A stretch of 64,000 nucleotides of DNA from Eledone cirrhosa (lineage: Eukaryota), in the NCBI GenBank assembly GCA_964016885.1, contig OZ024745.1, positions 64,852,001-64,916,000 of the forward strand. The letters run 5' to 3'. Each line of letters begins with the position of its first letter. The first letter of the stretch is position 1. A program made the translations under genes and the position numbers. Below are positions 40,171 through 53,640 of this stretch, in pieces. Under the pieces are notes generated by a model. The model searched no databases and was not told where the DNA came from. It saw only the letters and a program-made list of their open reading frames with translations.

Positions 40171-43100
40171 TTTTATATGGGTGATCCATTTTTTATTTGG
40201 GGGGATCCATTTTTAATTTGGGTGATCCATTTTTTATTTGGGGGATCCATTTTTTATTTGGGTGATCCATATTTTATTTGGGGGATCCATTTTTTATTTG
40301 GGTGATCCATTTTTTATTTGGGTGATCCATTTTTTAATTGGGTGATCCATTTTTTATTTGGGGTATCCATTTTTTATTTGGGTGATCCATTTTTTAGTTG
40401 GGTGGTCCATTTTTTATTTGGGTGATCCATTTTTTATTTTGGGGATCCATTTTTTATTTGGGTGATCCATTTTTTATTTGGGGATCCATTTTTTATTTGG
40501 GTGATCCATTTTTTATTTGGGTGATCCATTTTTTATTTGGGGGATCCATTTTTTATTTGGGTGATTCATTTTTTATTTGGGGGGTCCATTTTTTATTTGG
40601 GGGATCCATTTTTATTTGGGTGATCCATTTTTTATTTGGGGGATCCATTTTTTATTTGGGTGATCCATTTTTTATTTGGGTTGATCCCTTTTTTATTTGG
40701 GGGATCCATTTTTTATTTGGGTGATCCATTTTTTATTTGGGGGATCCATTTTTTATTTGGGTGATCCATTTTTTATTTGAGGGATCCATTTTATATTTGG
40801 GTGATCCATTTTTTATTTGGGGGATCCATTATTTATTTGGGTGATCCATTTTTTATTTGGGTGATCCATTTTTTATTTGGGTGATCCATTTTTTATTTGG
40901 GTGATCCATTTTTTATTTGGGTGATACATTTTTTATTTGGGGGATCCATTTTTTATTTGGGTGATCCATTTTTTATTTGGGTGATCCATTTTTTATTTGA
41001 GGGATCCATTTTATATTTGGGTGATCCATTTTTTATTTGGGTGATCCATTTTTTATTTGGGGGATCCATTTTTTATTTGGGGGATCCATTTTTTATTTGG
41101 GGGATCCATTTTTTATTTGGGGGATCCATTTTTTATTTCGGGGATCCATTTTTTATTTGGGTGATTCATTTTTTATTTGGGGGATCCATTTTTTATTTGG
41201 GTGATCCATTTTTTTAATTTGGGGGTCCATTTTTTATTTGGGTGATCCATTTTTTATTTGGGTGATCCATTTTTTAATTGGGTGATCCATTTTTATTTGG
41301 GTGATCCATTTTTTACTTGGGGGATCCATTTTTTATTTGGGTGATCCATTTTTTATTTTGCTGATTCATTTTTTATTTGGGTGATCCATTTTTTATTTGG
41401 GGGATCCATTTTTTATTTGGGTGAACCATTTTTTATTTGGGGGATCCATTTTTTATTTGGGTGATCCATTTTTTATTTGGGTGATCCATTTTTTATTTGG
41501 GGGATCCATTTTTTATTTGGGTGATCCATTTTTTATTTGGGTGATCCATTTTTTATTTGGGGGATCCATTTTTTATTTGGGGGATCCATTTTTTATTTGG
41601 GTGATCCATTTTTATTTGGAGATCCATTTTGTATTTGGGTGATCCATTTTTTAATTGGGTGATCCATTTTTTATTTGGGTGATCCATTTTTTATTTGGGG
41701 GATCCATTTTTTATTTGGGTGATCCATTTTTTATTTGGGTGGTCCATTTTTTATTTGGGTGATCCATTTTTTATTTGGGGGATCCATTTTTTATTTGGGT
41801 GATCCATTTTTTATTTGGGGATCCATTTTTTATTTGGGTGATCCATTTTTTATTTGGTTGATCCATTTTTTATTTGGGGGATACATTTTTTATTTGGGTG
41901 ATCCATTTTTTATTTGGGGGGACCATTTTTTATTTGGGGGATCCATTTTTATTTGGGTGATCCATTTTTTATTTGGGGGATCCATTTTTTATTTGGGTGA
42001 TCCCTTTTTTATTTGGGGGATCCATTTTTTATTTGGGTGATCCATTTTTTATTTGGGGGATCCATTTTTTATTTGGGGGATTCATTTTTTATTTGGGTGA
42101 TCCATTTTTTATTAGGGGGATCCATTTTTTATTTGGGTGATCCATTTTTATTTGGAGATCCATTTTTTATTTAGGTGATCCATTTTATAATTGGGTGATC
42201 CATTTTTTATTTGGGGGATCCATTTTCTATTTGGAGGATCCATTATTTATTTGGGTGATCCATTTTTTATTTGGGTGATCCATTTTTTATTTGGGTGATC
42301 CATTTTTTATTTGGGTTGATCCCTTTTTTATTTGGGGGATCCATTTTTTATTTGGGTGATCCATTTTTTATTTTGGGGATCCATTTTTTATTTGGGTGAT
42401 CCATTTTTTATTTGGGTGATCCATTTTTTATTTGGGGGATCCATTTTTTATTTGGGTGATCCATTTTTTATTTGGGTGATCCATTTTTTATTTGAGGGAC
42501 CCATTTTATATTTGGGTGATCCATTTTTTATTTGGGTGATCCATTTTTTATTTGGGGGATCCATTTTTTATTTGGGGGATCCATCTTTTATTTGGGGGAT
42601 CCATTTTTTATTTGGGGGATCCATTTTTTATTTCGGGGATTCATTTTTTATTTGGGTGATTCATTTTTTATTTGGGGGATCCATTTTTTATTTGGGTGAT
42701 CCATTTTTTTTATTTTGGGGTCCATTTTTTATTTGGGTGATCCATTTTTTATTTGGGTGATCCATTTTTTAATTGGGTGATCCATTTTTATTTGGGTGAT
42801 CCATTTTTTACTTGGGGGATCCATTTTTTATTTGGGTGATCCATTTTTTATTTTGCTGATTCATTTTTTATTTGGGTGATCCATTTTTTATTTGGAGGAT
42901 CCATTTTTTATTTGGGTGAACCATTTTTTATTTGGGGGATCCATTTTTTATTTGGGTGATCCATTTTTTATTTGGGTGATCCATTTTTTATTTGGGGGAT
43001 CCATGTTTTATTTGGGTGATCCATTTTTTATTTGGGTCATCCATTTTTTATTTGGGGGATCCATTTTTTATTTGGGGGGTCCATTTTTTATTTGGGTGAT

Positions 43101-44380
43101 CCATTTTTATTTGGAGATCCATTTTGTATTTGGGTGATCCATTTTGTATTTGGGGGATCCATTTTTTAATTGGGTGATCCATTTTTTATTTGGGGGATCC
43201 ATTTTTTATTTGGGGGATCCATTTTTTATTTGGGGGATCCATTGTTTATTTGGGTGATCCATTTTTTATTTGGGTGATCCATTTTTTATTTGGGGGATCC
43301 ATTTTTTATTTGGGTGATCCATTTTTTATTTGGGTGATCCATTTTTTATTTGGGTGATCCATTTTTTATTTGTGGGATCCATTTTTTATTTGGGTGATCC
43401 ATTTTTTATTTGGGGGATCCTTTTTTTATTTGGGTGATCGATTTTTTATTTGGGTGATCCATTTTTTATTTGGGGGATCCATTTTTTATTTGGGTGATCC
43501 ATTTTTTATTTGGGTGATACATTTTTTATTTGGGGGATCCATTTTTTATTTGGGTGATCCATTTTTTATTTGGGGGATCCATTTTTTATTTGGGGGATCC
43601 ATTTTTTATTTGGGTGATCCATTTTTTATTTGGGTGATCCATTTTTTATTTGGGGGGATCCATTTTTTATTTGGGTGATCCATTTTTTATTTGGGGGATC
43701 CATTTTTTATTTGGGTGATCCATTTTTTATTTGGGGGATCCATTTTTTATTTGGGTGATCCATTTTTTATTTGGGTGATCCATTTTTTAATTGGGTGATC
43801 CATTTTTTATTTGGGGGATCCATTTTTTATTTGGGTGATCCATTTTTTAGTTGGGTGGTCCATTTTTTATTTGGGTGATCCATTTTTTATTTGGGGGATC
43901 CATTTTTTATTTGGGTGATCCATTTTTTATTTGGGGATCCATTTTTTATTTGGGTGATCCATTTTTTATTTGGGTGACCATTTTTTATTTGGGGGATTCA
44001 TTTTTTATTTGGGTGATTCATTTTTTATTTGGGGGGTCCATTTTTTATTTGGGGGATCCATTTTTATTTGGGTGATCCATTTTTTATTTGGGGGATCCAT
44101 TTTTTATTTGGGTGATCCATTTTTTATTTGGGTTGATCCCTTTTTTATTTGGGTGATCCATTTTTTATTTGAGGGATCCATTTTATATTTGGGTGATCCA
44201 TTTTTTATTTGGGTGATCCATTTTTTATTTGGGGGATCCATTTTTTATTTGGGGGATCCATTTTTTATTTGGGGGATCCATTTTTTATTTGGGGGATCCA
44301 TTTTTTATTTCGGGGATCCATTTTTTATTTGGGTGATTCATTTTTTATTTGGGGGATCCATTTTTTATTTGGGTGATCCA
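35920..44380 (+). repeat. Tandem duplication, unit 4212 bp
   Basis: Nine ORF pairs offset by 4212 (36186/40398 through 39758/43970). ATATGG at 35963/40175, and a TCGGGGATTC variant at ~38421/42633 that the other copies of this block lack. Confidence 0.92.
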
Positions 44381-47300
44381 TTTTTTTTATTTGGGGGTCC
44401 ATTTTTTATTTGGGTGATCCATTTTTTATTTGGGTGATCCATTTTTTAATTAGGTGATCCATCTTTATTTGGGTGATCCATTTTTTACTTGGGGGATCCA
44501 TTTTTTATTTGGGTGATCCATTTTTTATTTTGATGATTCATTTTTTATTTGGGTGATCCATTTTTTATTTGGGGGATCCATTTTTTATTTGGATGAACCA
44601 TTTTTTATTTGGGGGATCCATCTTTTATTTGGGTGATCCATTTTTTATTTGGGTGATCCATTTTTTATTTGGGGGATCCATTTTTTATTTGGGTGATCCA
44701 TTTTTTATTTGGGTGATCCATTTTTTATTTGGGGGATCCATTTTTTATTTGGGGGATCCATTTTTTATTTGGGTGATCCATTTTTATTTGGAGATCCATT
44801 TTGTATTTGGGTGATCCATTTTTTAATTGGGTGATCCATTTTTTATTTGGGGGATCCATTTTTTATTTGGGGGATCCATTTTTTATTTGGGTGAACCATT
44901 TTTTATTTGGGGGATCCATTTTTTATTTGGGTGATCCATTTTTTATTTGGGTGATCCATTTTTTATTTGGGGGATCCATTTTTTATTTGGGTGATCCATT
45001 TTTTATTTGGGTGATCCATTTTTTATTTGGGGGATCCATTTTTTATTTGGGGGATCCATTTTTTATTTGGGTGATCCATTTTTATTTGGAGATCCATTTT
45101 GTATTTGGGTGATCCATTTTTTAATTAGGTGATCCATTTTTTATTTGGGTGATCCATTTTTTATTTGGGGGATCCATTTTTTATTTGGGTGATCCATTTT
45201 TTATTTGGGTGGTCCATTTTTTATTTGGGTGATCCATTTTTTATTTGGGGGATCCATTTTTTATTTGGGTGATCCATTTTTTATTTGGGGATCCATTTTT
45301 TATTTGGGTGATCCATTTTTTATTTGGTTGATCCATTTTTTATTTGGGGGATACATTTTTTATTTGGGTGATCCATTTTTTATTTGGGGGGACCATTTTT
45401 TATTTGGGGGATCCATTTTTATTTGGGTGATCCATTTTTTATTTGGGGGATCCATTTTTTATTTGGGTGATCCCTTTTTTATTTGGGGGATCCATTTTTT
45501 ATTTGGGTGATCCATTTTTTATTTGGGGGATCCATTTTTTATTTGGGGGATTCATTTTTTATTTGGGTGATCCATTTTTTATTAGGGGGATCCATTTTTT
45601 ATTTGGGTGATCCATTTTTATTTGGAGATCCATTTTTTATTTAGGTGATCCATTTTATAATTGGGTGATCCATTTTTTATTTGGGGGATCCATTTTCTAT
45701 TTGGAGGATCCATTATTTATTTGGGTGATCCATTTTTTATTTGGGTGATCCATTTTTTATTTGGGTGATCCATTTTTTATTTGGGTTGATCCCTTTTTTA
45801 TTTGGGGGATCCATTTTTTATTTGGGTGATCCATTTTTTATTTTGGGGATCCATTTTTTATTTGGGTGATCCATTTTTTATTTGGGTGATCCATTTTTTA
45901 TTTGGGGGATCCATTTTTTATTTGGGTGATCCATTTTTTATTTGGGTGATCCATTTTTTATTTGAGGGACCCATTTTATATTTGGGTGATCCATTTTTTA
46001 TTTGGGTGATCCATTTTTTATTTGGGGGATCCATTTTTTATTTGGGGGATCCATCTTTTATTTGGGGGATCCATTTTTTATTTGGGGGATCCATTTTTTA
46101 TTTCGGGGATCCATTTTTTATTTGGGTGATTCATTTTTTATTTGGGGGATCCATTTTTTATTTGGGTGATCCATTTTTTTTATTTTGGGGTCCATTTTTT
46201 ATTTGGGTGATCCATTTTTTATTTGGGTGATCCATTTTTTAATTGGGTGATCCATTTTTATTTGGGTGATCCATTTTTTACTTGGGGGATCCATTTTTTA
46301 TTTGGGTGATCCATTTTTTATTTTGCTGATTCATTTTTTATTTGGGTGATCCATTTTTTATTTGGAGGATCCATTTTTTATTTGGGTGAACCATTTTTTA
46401 TTTGGGGGATCCATTTTTTATTTGGGTGATCCATTTTTTATTTGGGTGATCCATTTTTTATTTGGGGGATCCATGTTTTATTTGGGTGATCCATTTTTTA
46501 TTTGGGTCATCCATTTTTTATTTGGGGGATCCATTTTTTATTTGGGGGGTCCATTTTTTATTTGGGTGATCCATTTTTATTTGGAGATCCATTTTGTATT
46601 TGGGTGATCCATTTTGTATTTGGGGGATCCATTTTTTAATTGGGTGATCCATTTTTTATTTGGGGGATCCATTTTTTATTTGGGGGATCCATTTTTTATT
46701 TGGGGGATCCATTGTTTATTTGGGTGATCCATTTTTTATTTGGGTGATCCATTTTTTATTTGGGGGATCCATTTTTTATTTGGGTGATCCATTTTTTATT
46801 TGGGTGATCCATTTTTTATTTGGGTGATCCATTTTTTATTTGTGGGATCCATTTTTTATTTGGGTGATCCATTTTTTATTTGGGGGATCCTTTTTTTATT
46901 TGGGTGATCGATTTTTTATTTGGGTGATCCATTTTTTATTTGGGGGATCCATTTTTTATTTGGGTGATCCATTTTTTATTTGGGTGATACATTTTTTATT
47001 TGGGGGATCCATTTTTTATTTGGGTGATCCATTTTTTATTTGGGGGATCCATTTTTTATTTGGGGGATCCATTTTTTATTTGGGTGATCCATTTTTTATT
47101 TGGGTGATCCATTTTTTATTTGGGGGGATCCATTTTTTATTTGGGTGATCCATTTTTTATTTGGGGGATCCATTTTTTATTTGGGTGATCCATTTTTTAT
47201 TTGGGGGATCCATTTTTTATTTGGGTGATCCATTTTTTATTTGGGTGATCCATTTTTTAATTGGGTGATCCATTTTTTATTTGGGGGATCCATTTTTTAT

Positions 47301-47450
47301 TTGGGTGATCCATTTTTTAGTTGGGTGGTCCATTTTTTATTTGGGTGATCCATTTTTTATTTGGGGGATCCATTTTTTATTTGGGTGATCCATTTTTTAT
47401 TTGGGGATCCATTTTTTATTTGGGTGATCCATTTTTTATTTGGGTGACCA
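40170..47450 (+). repeat. Long-range direct copy (~7.3 kb) of ~23090-30370
   Basis: ORF pairs offset 17076, from 23322/40398 to 30245/47321. Confidence 0.88.
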
Positions 47451-50400
47451 TTTTTTATTTGGGGGATTCATTTTTTATTTGGGTGATTCATTTTTTATTT
47501 GGGGGGTCCATTTTTTATTTGGGGGATCCATTTTTATTTGGGTGATCCATTTTTTATTTGGGGGATCCATTTTTTATTTGGGTGATCCATTTTTTATTTG
47601 GGTTGATCCCTTTTTTATTTGGGTGATCCATTTTTTATTTGAGGGATCCATTTTATATTTGGGTGATCCATTTTTTATTTGGGTGATCCATTTTTTATTT
47701 GGGGGATCCATTTTTTATTTGGGGGATCCATTTTTTATTTGGGGGATCCATTTTTTATTTGGGGGATCCATTTTTTATTTCGGGGATCCATTTTTTATTT
47801 GGGTGATTCATTTTTTATTTGGGGGATCCATTTTTTATTTGGGTGATCCATTTTTTTTATTTGGGGGTCCATTTTTTATTTGGGTGATCCATTTTTTATT
47901 TGGGTGATCCATTTTTTAATTAGGTGATCCATCTTTATTTGGGTGATCCATTTTTTACTTGGGGGATCCATTTTTTATTTGGGTGATCCATTTTTTATTT
48001 TGATGATTCATTTTTTATTTGGGTGATCCATTTTTTATTTGGGGGATCCATTTTTTATTTGGATGAACCATTTTTTATTTGGGGGATCCATCTTTTATTT
48101 GGGTGATCCATTTTTTATTTGGGTGATCCATTTTTTATTTGGGGGATCCATTTTTTATTTGGGTGATCCATTTTTTATTTGGGTGATCCATTTTTTATTT
48201 GGGGGATCCATTTTTTATTTGGGGGATCCATTTTTTATTTGGGTGATCCATTTTTATTTGGAGATCCATTTTGTATTTGGGTGATCCATTTTTTAATTGG
48301 GTGATCCATTTTTTATTTGGGGGATCCATTTTTTATTTGGGGGATCCATTTTTTATTTGGGTGAACCATTTTTTATTTGGGGGATCCATTTTTTATTTGG
48401 GTGATCCATTTTTTATTTGGGTGATCCATTTTTTATTTGGGGGATCCATTTTTTATTTGGGTGATCCATTTTTTATTTGGGTGATCCATTTCTTATTTGG
48501 GGGATCCATTTTTTATTTGGGGGATACATTTTTTATTTGGGTGATCCATTTTTTATTTGGGGGGACCATTTTTTATTTGGGGGATCCATTTTTATTTGGG
48601 TGATCCATTTTTTATTTGGGGGATCCATTTTTTATTTGGGTGATCCCTTTTTTATTTGGGGGATCCATTTTTTATTTGGGTGATCCATTTTTTATTTGGG
48701 GGATCCATTTTTTATTTGGGGGATTCATTTTTTATTTGGGTGATCCATTTTTTATTAGGGGGATCCATTTTTTATTTGGGTGATCCATTTTTATTTGGAG
48801 ATCCATTTTTTATTTAGGTGATCCATTTTATAATTGGGTGATCCATTTTTTATTTGGGGGATCCATTTTCTATTTGGAGGATCCATTATTTATTTGGGTG
48901 ATCCATTTTTTATTTGGGTGATCCATTTTTTATTTGGGTGATCCATTTTTTATTTGGGTTGATCCCTTTTTTATTTGGGGGATCCATTTTTTATTTGGGT
49001 GATCCATTTTTTATTTTGGGGATCCATTTTTTATTTGGGTGATCCATTTTTTATTTGGGTGATCCATTTTTTATTTGGGGGATCCATTTTTTATTTGGGT
49101 GATCCATTTTTTATTTGGGTGATCCATTTTTTATTTGAGGGACCCATTTTATATTTGGGTGATCCATTTTTTATTTGGGTGATCCATTTTTTATTTGGGG
49201 GATCCATTTTTTATTTGGGGGATCCATCTTTTATTTGGGGGATCCATTTTTTATTTGGGGGATCCATTTTTTATTTCGGGGATCCATTTTTTATTTGGGT
49301 GATTCATTTTTTATTTGGGGGATCCATTTTTTATTTGGGTGATCCATTTTTTTTATTTGGGGGTCCATTTTTTATTTGGGTGATCCATTTTTTATTTGGG
49401 TGATCCATTTTTTAATTGGGTGATCCATTTTTATTTGGGTGATCCATTTTTTACTTGGGGGATCCATTTTTTATTTGGGTGATCCATTTTTTATTTTGCT
49501 GATTCATTTTTTATTTGGGTGATCCATTTTTTATTTGGAGGATCCATTTTTTATTTGGGTGAACCATTTTTTATTTGGGGGATCCATTTTTTATTTGGGT
49601 GATCCATTTTTTATTTGGGTGATCCATTTTTTATTTGGGGGATCCATGTTTTATTTGGGTGATCCATTTTTTATTTGGGTGATCCATTTTTTATTTGGGG
49701 GATCCATTTTTTATTTGGGGGGTCCATTTTTTATTTGGGTGATCCATTTTTATTTGGAGATCCATTTTGTATTTGGGTGATCCATTTTGTATTTGGGGGA
49801 TCCATTTTTTAATTGGGTGATCCATTTTTTATTTGGGGGATCCATTTTTTATTTGGGGGATCCATTTTTTATTTGGGGGATCCATTGTTTATTTGGGTGA
49901 TCCATTTTTTATTTGGGTGATCCATTTTTTATTTGGGGGATCCATTTTTTATTTGGGTGATCCATTTTTTATTTGGGTGATCCATTTTTTATTTGGGTGA
50001 TCCATTTTTTATTTGTGGGATCCATTTTTTATTTGGGTGATCCATTTTTTATTTGGGGGATCCTTTTTTTATTTGGGTGATCGATTTTTTATTTGGGTGA
50101 TCCATTTTTTATTTGGGGGATCCATTTTTTATTTGGGTGATCCATTTTTTATTTGGGGGATCCATTTTTTATTTGGGTGATCCATTTTTTATTTGGGTGA
50201 TCCATTTTTTAATTGGGTGATCCATTTTTTATTTGGGGGATCCATTTTTTATTTGGGTGATCCATTTTTTAGTTGGGTGGTCCATTTTTTATTTGGGTGA
50301 TCCATTTTTTATTTGGGGGATCCATTTTTTATTTGGGTGATCCATTTTTTATTTGGGGATCCATTTTTTATTTGGGTGATCCATTTTTTATTTGGGTGAT

Positions 50401-51300
50401 CCATTTTTTATTTGGGGGATTCATTTTTTATTTGGGTGATTCATTTTTTATTTGGGGGGTCCATTTTTTATTTGGGGGATCCATTTTTATTTGGGTGATC
50501 CATTTTTTATTTGGGGGATCCATTTTTTATTTGGGTGATCCATTTTTTATTTGGGTTGATCCCTTTTTTATTTGGGTGATCCATTTTTTATTTGAGGGAT
50601 CCATTTTATATTTGGGTGATCCATTTTTTATTTGGGTGATCCATTTTTTATTTGGGGGATCCATTTTTTATTTGGGGGATCCATTTTTTATTTGGGGGAT
50701 CCATTTTTTATTTGGGGGATCCATTTTTTATTTCGGGGATCCATTTTTTATTTGGGTGATTCATTTTTTATTTGGGGGATCCATTTTTTATTTGGGTGAT
50801 CCATTTTTTTTATTTGGGGGTCCATTTTTTATTTGGGTGATCCATTTTTTATTTGGGTGATCCATTTTTTAATTAGGTGATCCATCTTTATTTGGGTGAT
50901 CCATTTTTTACTTGGGGGATCCATTTTTTATTTGGGTGATCCATTTTTTATTTTGATGATTCATTTTTTATTTGGGTGATCCATTTTTTATTTGGGGGAT
51001 CCATTTTTTATTTGGATGAACCATTTTTTATTTGGGGGATCCATCTTTTATTTGGGTGATCCATTTTTTTATTTGGGTGATCCATTTTTTATTTGGGGGA
51101 TCCATTTTTTATTTGGGTGATCCATTTTTTATTTGGGTGATCCATTTTTTATTTGGGGGATCCATTTTTTATTTGGGGGATCCATTTTTTATTTGGGTGA
51201 TCCATTTTTATTTGGAGATCCATTTTGTATTTGGGTGATCCATTTTTTAATTGGGTGATCCATTTTTTATTTGGGTGATCCATTTTTTATTTGGGGGATC
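41380..51300 (+). repeat. 3470-bp higher-order repeat, two full copies plus a third with internal deletions
   Basis: ORFs 41735/45205 through 44801/48271 are offset by 3470. The third copy is offset 3173 (45802/48975, 46362/49535) and then 2952 (47321/50273). Confidence 0.85.
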
Positions 51301-51934
51301 CATTTTTTATTTGGGTGATCCATTTTTTATTTGGGTGGTCCATTTTTTATTTGGGTGATCCATTTTTTATTTGGGGGATCCATTTTTTATTTGGGTGATC
51401 CATTTTTTATTTGGGGATCCATTTTTTATTTGGGTGATCCATTTTTTATTTGGGTGATCCATTTTTTATTTGGGGGATACATTTTTTATTTGGGTGATCC
51501 ATTTTTTATTTGGGGGGTCCATTTTTTATTTGGGGGATCCATTTTTTATTTGGGTGATCAATTTTTTAATTGGGTGATCCATTTTTTATTTGGGGGATCC
51601 ATTTCTTATTTGGGTGATCCATTTTTTAGTTGGGTGGTCCATTTTTTATTTGGGTGATCCATTTTTTATTTGGGGGATCCATTTTTTATTTGGGTGATCC
51701 ATTTTTTATTTGGGGATCCATTTTTTATTTGGGTGATCCATTTTTTATTTGGGTGATCCATTTTTTATTTGGGGGATCCATTTTTTATTTGGGTGATCCA
51801 TTTTTTATTTGGGGATCCATTTTTTATTTGGGTGATCCATTTTTTATTTGGGTGATCCATTTTTTATTTGGGGGATCCATTTTTTATTTGGGTGGTCCAT
51901 TTTTTATTTGGGGGTCCATTTTTTATTTGGGGGA

Positions 51935-53640
51935 TCCATTTTTATTTGGGTGATCCATTTTTTATTTGGGGGATCCATTTTTTACTAGGGGGATCCATTT
52001 TTTATTTGGGTTGATCCCTTTTTTATTTGGGGGATCCATTTTTTATTTGGGTGATCCATTTTTTATTTGGGGGATCCATTTTTTATTTGGGGGATCCATT
52101 TTTTATTTGGTTGATCCATTTTTTATTAGGGGGATCCATTTTTTATTTGGTTGATCCATTTTAATTTGGAGATCCATTTTTTGTTTAGGTGATCCATTTT
52201 ATAATTGGGTGATCCATTTTTTATTTGGGGGATCCATTTTTTATTTGGGGGATCCATTATTTATTTGGGTGATCCATTTTTTATTTGGGTGATCCATTTT
52301 TTATTTGGGTGATCCATTTTTTATTTGGGTGATCCATTTTTTATTTGGGTGATCCATTTTTTATTTGGGGGATCCATTTTTTATTTGGGTGATCCATTTT
52401 TTATTTGGGTGATCCATTTTTTATTTGAGGGATCCATTTTATATTTGGGTGATCCATTTTCTATTTGGGTGATCCATTTTTTATTTGGGGGATCCATTTT
52501 TTATTTGTGGGATCCATTTTTTATTTGGGGGATCCATTTTTTATTTCGGGGATCCATTTTTTATTTGGGTGATTCATTTTTTATTTGGGGGATCCATTTT
52601 TTATTTGGGTGATCCATTTTTTTTATTTGGGGGTCCATTTTTTATTTGGGTGATCCATTTTTTATTTGGATGATCCATTTTTTAATTGGGTGATCCATTT
52701 TTATTTGGGTGATCCATTTTTTACTTGGGGGATCCATTTTTTATTTGGGTGATCCATTTTTTATTTTGCTGATTCATTTTTTATTTGGGTGATCCATTTT
52801 TTATTTGGGGGATCCATTTTTTATTTGGGTGAACCATTTTTTATTTGGGAGATCCATTTTTTATTTGGGTGATCCATTTTTTATTTGGGTGATCCATTTT
52901 TTATTTGGGGGATCCATTTTTTATTTGGGTGATCCATTTTTTATTTGGGTGATCCATTTTTTATTTGGGGGATCCATTTTTTATTTGGGTGATCCATTTT
53001 TTATTTGGGTGATCCATTTTTTATTTGAGGGATCCATTTTATATTTGGGTGATCCATTTTTTATTTGGGTGATCCATTTTTTATTTGGGGGATCCATTTT
53101 TTATTTGGGGGATCCATTTTTTATTTGGGGGATCCATTTTTTATTTGGGGGATCCATTTTTTATTTCGGGGATCCATTTTTTATTTGGGTGATTCATTTT
53201 TTATTTGGGGGATCCATTTTTTATTTGGGTGATCCATTTTTTTTATTTGGGGGTCCATTTTTTATTTGGGTGATCCATTTTTTATTTGGGTGATCCATTT
53301 TTTAATTGGGTGATCCATTTTTATTTGGGTGATCCATTTTTTACTTGGGGGATCCATTTTTTATTTGGGTGATCCATTTTTTATTTTGCTGATTCATTTT
53401 TTATTTGGGTGATCCATTTTTTATTTGGGGGATCCATTTTTTATTTGGGTGAACCATTTTTTATTTGGGGGATCCATCTTTTATTTGGGTGATCCATTTT
53501 TTATTTGGGTGATCCATTTTTTATTTGGGGGATCCATTTTTTATTTGGGTGATCCATTTTTTATTTGGGTGATCCATTTTTTATTTGGGGGATCCATTTT
53601 TTATTTGGGGGATCCATTTTTTATTTGGGTGATCCATTTT
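51935..53640 (+). repeat. Long-range direct copy (~1.7 kb) of ~21070-22775
   Basis: ORF pairs offset 30864, from 21102/51966 to 22561/53425. Shared ACTAGGGGG variant. Confidence 0.82.
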
